Source of the DNA: Synechococcus sp. UW140
GTDB lineage: Bacteria > Cyanobacteriota > Cyanobacteriia > PCC-6307 > Cyanobiaceae
Direction of reading: 5' to 3'
NCBI GenBank assembly: GCA_945860085.1
Contig: CAMAPJ010000002.1
Location: 30,520-94,519 of the forward strand
DNA: 64,000 bases
Shown here in pieces: positions 61,769-64,000 of this stretch. Made by a program: the position numbers and the translations under genes. A model generated the notes under the pieces. It was not told where the DNA came from. It saw only the letters and a program-made list of their open reading frames with translations, and did not search any database. Every line of letters begins with the position of its first letter. The first letter of the stretch is position 1.

Positions 61769-63025
61769 ATGCCCACTCCAGCCTTAAGGCCCCTGGCGGA
61801 GCGCTTGGGACTTAGGTGGTTCACGGCAGTGCTGGTAATCCTTCCCCAGCTGGTTCCACAGGAAGTTCTGGCCACGACCCCTCCCACCAGCGCCAAGCGC
61901 TCAACGGTAGCGCCCCTACAACGGACTCGTGTAACTTACGACACCTACTTGCTGGGGCCAGGGGACAGCCTGCAAATTGAGCTGGAGAACGTCCCCGAGC
62001 TGTCTGGCACCTTCACAATTGGGCCCGATGGCACCCTCTATCTACCGAGGCTGAGGGCCTTGTTTGTGGAGGGGTTGAGCATCGAAGAATTACGAATCTT
62101 CCTAACCCAGCAATATCGGGCTTTTGTGCGGCAGCCAGAAATTTACCTTCGGCCGATTGGGTATCGGCCCGTGCGCATCTATGTCGGTGGCGAGGTGCGA
62201 CGCCCCGGTTACTACACCTTGAGTGGCAGCCAGCAATTGGGGGGGGTATCAAGTAGTGCCGATAATGCAATTCGCGAGAGTGGCGGCGCCCAAATGGATA
62301 CTCGTCCAGGCCTTGGCAGTGGTCAGGGGCTGGATTCAGGTAGCCGAACTGGCAACAGCAGCCCTGCCGGGGGCGGTGGGGGGGCCGGAGGTCTGACCAC
62401 CTATGGCGCCTTTTTCCCAACCGTTTTTGATGCCATCCGGGCTGCCCAGGGAATTACACCCTACTCAAACCTTTCGTCTGTTCAGGTCACACGCAAACAA
62501 CCACTCAGCAGCGGTGGTGGCAAATTAAGGACCTCCCTAAACTTTTTATCCCTACTCACTGAAGGAGACGAAAGTCAAAATATTCGCCTATTTGATGGTG
62601 ATGTGGTGAGTATCTCAAAATCACCAGTCGTACTACGAGAGCAGCTACTGAAGGCGGGTCAAACCAACCTGAGTCCCCAATTCATCCAGGTCTACGTGAG
62701 TGGACGGGTCAAGATGCCTGGAGCAACGACCATTCCCCAGGGAGCCAGCCTGAATCAAGCCCTAATTAGCGCCGGTGGCCAACAGCTTCTCCATGGAAAA
62801 ATTGAATTCGTGCGCTTTACCCGAGAAGGGGAACTTGATCGCCGGATTTTCAGTTACAACGCCAATGCGGCATCAGATTCGGCAACCAATCCGATTTTGG
62901 TGAGTGGTGACATCATTCGGGTTCAAGAATCAGGCTTGTCGGCCAGCATCGGCGTCCTCAACGAACTAACCGGCCCATTTGTAGGTATCTACTCCGTCTA
63001 CAGCCTCTTTGGAGGTACTCGATAA
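61769..63025 (+). CDS. Polysaccharide export protein (Wza/Poly_export plus SLBB domains) with Gly/Ser-rich insertion
   Basis: YLLGPGDSLQIELENVPELSGTFTIGPDGTLYLPRL..VEGLSIEEL, later SLBB-like repeats (VYVSGRVKMPG..., DGDVVSI). ATG at 61769. The ORF is open from 61697. Confidence 0.85.
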   Translation: MPTPALRPLAERLGLRWFTAVLVILPQLVPQEVLATTPPTSAKRSTVAPLQRTRVTYDTYLLGPGDSLQIELENVPELSGTFTIGPDGTLYLPRLRALFVEGLSIEELRIFLTQQYRAFVRQPEIYLRPIGYRPVRIYVGGEVRRPGYYTLSGSQQLGGVSSSADNAIRESGGAQMDTRPGLGSGQGLDSGSRTGNSSPAGGGGGAGGLTTYGAFFPTVFDAIRAAQGITPYSNLSSVQVTRKQPLSSGGGKLRTSLNFLSLLTEGDESQNIRLFDGDVVSISKSPVVLREQLLKAGQTNLSPQFIQVYVSGRVKMPGATTIPQGASLNQALISAGGQQLLHGKIEFVRFTREGELDRRIFSYNANAASDSATNPILVSGDIIRVQESGLSASIGVLNELTGPFVGIYSVYSLFGGTR

Positions 63026-63028
63026 GTG

Positions 63029-64000
63029 ATGAACCCTTCCCTAAATTCTCCCAGCCAGCCCATGCCAGCTGATGACGAAATTGACCTTGGCCAACTTGCG
63101 GCGAGCCTGGGGCGTCGTCGCCGGCTGATCGCTGTTGTCACCTGTGGAACGGTCGTCCTCACAGGCTTATTCACCCTCCTGCAGAAGCCCGTTTGGGAAG
63201 GGGAATTCCAAATTGTGTTGGCTAGTCAGGATAGTGGCGGTAGCAGTCGTTTAGCCCAACTCGCCGCTGCCAATCCCATGTTGGCCGGGTTGGCCGGCAT
63301 CGGCTCCGGTGGCGGCAAAGATAGCCTGGAAACCGAGGTCAAGGTTCTTGGTAGTCCATCCGTACTCAAACCAATATTTGAGTTTGTCCTTGCTTCCAAG
63401 CGTGAAGCAGGTGTTGACGTTGATCAGCTCCGTTACGACAGGTGGGCAAAATCCAATCTTGATGTGAAGCTAGAGAAAGGAACATCCGTTTTAAATATCT
63501 CCTACCGAGACAACGATAAGCACTTGATCCTGCCAGTGATTGAAAAGATCTCCAAGGCCTATCAAGATTATTCAGGCAGAGATCGCCGCCGGGATATCTC
63601 TCAGGCGGTAATTTATTTAAATGGTCGAATTGCTCAAATCGGTCCCCAAGCTGAACTTTCGATGCGAAGAGCCCAGGCCTTTGCCCTTTCCAATGGCCTG
63701 GGAATTCAAGATGGAATGCCACCAGCGACCGCCAGCTCTACCGGAGATGGAGGTGGTTCATCAGGAGCGAGTTCTGGATCTGTTGAGAGCAATCGACTGA
63801 CGTCCCAGGCCCAAGTGATTACCTTGCGGCAACAAATTCGCAATGCGCAAGCCGCTGGCGCCGAAGTGCTCTTCCAGGCTCCCCAGCTAGAGGCCAATAA
63901 GGATCTCTACCAGCAGTATCAAAGCCTAGAAGCAACCCTAGCTGAGCGACGCAGCCGCCTTAGGGAAAAAGATCCAATCATTTCGGGGCTGCTGCGTCAA
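63029..64000 (+). CDS. Polysaccharide chain-length determinant / co-polymerase (Wzz/GumC-like), 3'-partial
   Basis: Not in the ORF track because no stop occurs within the window. Hand translation from the ATG at 63029 gives MNPSLNSPSQPMPADDEIDLGQLAASLGRRRRLIAVVTCGTVVLTGLFTLLQKPVWEGEFQIVL...ETEVKVLGSPSVLKPIFEFV...LNISYRDNDKHLILPVIEKISKAYQDYS, open to 64000. Confidence 0.8.
   Translation, partial: MNPSLNSPSQPMPADDEIDLGQLAASLGRRRRLIAVVTCGTVVLTGLFTLLQKPVWEGEFQIVLASQDSGGSSRLAQLAAANPMLAGLAGIGSGGGKDSLETEVKVLGSPSVLKPIFEFVLASKREAGVDVDQLRYDRWAKSNLDVKLEKGTSVLNISYRDNDKHLILPVIEKISKAYQDYSGRDRRRDISQAVIYLNGRIAQIGPQAELSMRRAQAFALSNGLGIQDGMPPATASSTGDGGGSSGASSGSVESNRLTSQAQVITLRQQIRNAQAAGAEVLFQAPQLEANKDLYQQYQSLEATLAERRSRLREKDPIISGLLRQ

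Overview
GC-rich chromosomal segment whose gene content and order point to a unicellular picocyanobacterium (Synechococcus/Cyanobium-like): polA, gltX, tRNA-Asp, tRNA-Trp, rplS, map, infA, NTRC, split pntAA/pntAB/pntB, dxr and cysS. I found no rRNA, CRISPR array, transposase or integrase. Housekeeping genes are interspersed with accessory patches. (1) 1-5229 holds three consecutive genes that share an N-terminal HMA-like domain: an intact P-type ATPase, a small membrane protein, and a P-type ATPase paralog lacking the catalytic DKTGT aspartate. (2) 21.0-25.3 kb holds a papain-family (C1) cysteine protease with an adjacent chagasin-like (I42) inhibitor, plus Hsp20 and a GH13 alpha-amylase. (3) 28.4-30.9 kb is a visibly AT-richer segment carrying a large MscS-like channel. 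(4) 34.2-37.4 kb holds an SF2 helicase with small unknown ORFs and an AT-rich gap. (5) The main candidate for a novel system is at 47.1-61.6 kb. It centres on a 2659-aa type I PKS (KS-AT-DH-ER-KR-ACP-thioester reductase). Around it sit an MGDG-synthase-like glycosyltransferase, a translationally coupled GT2/GT21-like glycosyltransferase, a secreted SRPBCC lipid-binding-type protein, a GHSSG-motif membrane protein and a cytochrome P450. Together these predict an uncharacterised alkyl-glycoside or unusual glycolipid pathway. An AT-richer Wza/Wzz polysaccharide-export locus follows and runs off the window. All calls come from reading the ORF track and sequence motifs by eye, with no searches or computations. 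Many start codons are uncertain because the high GC content creates long spurious upstream extensions and antisense ORFs.
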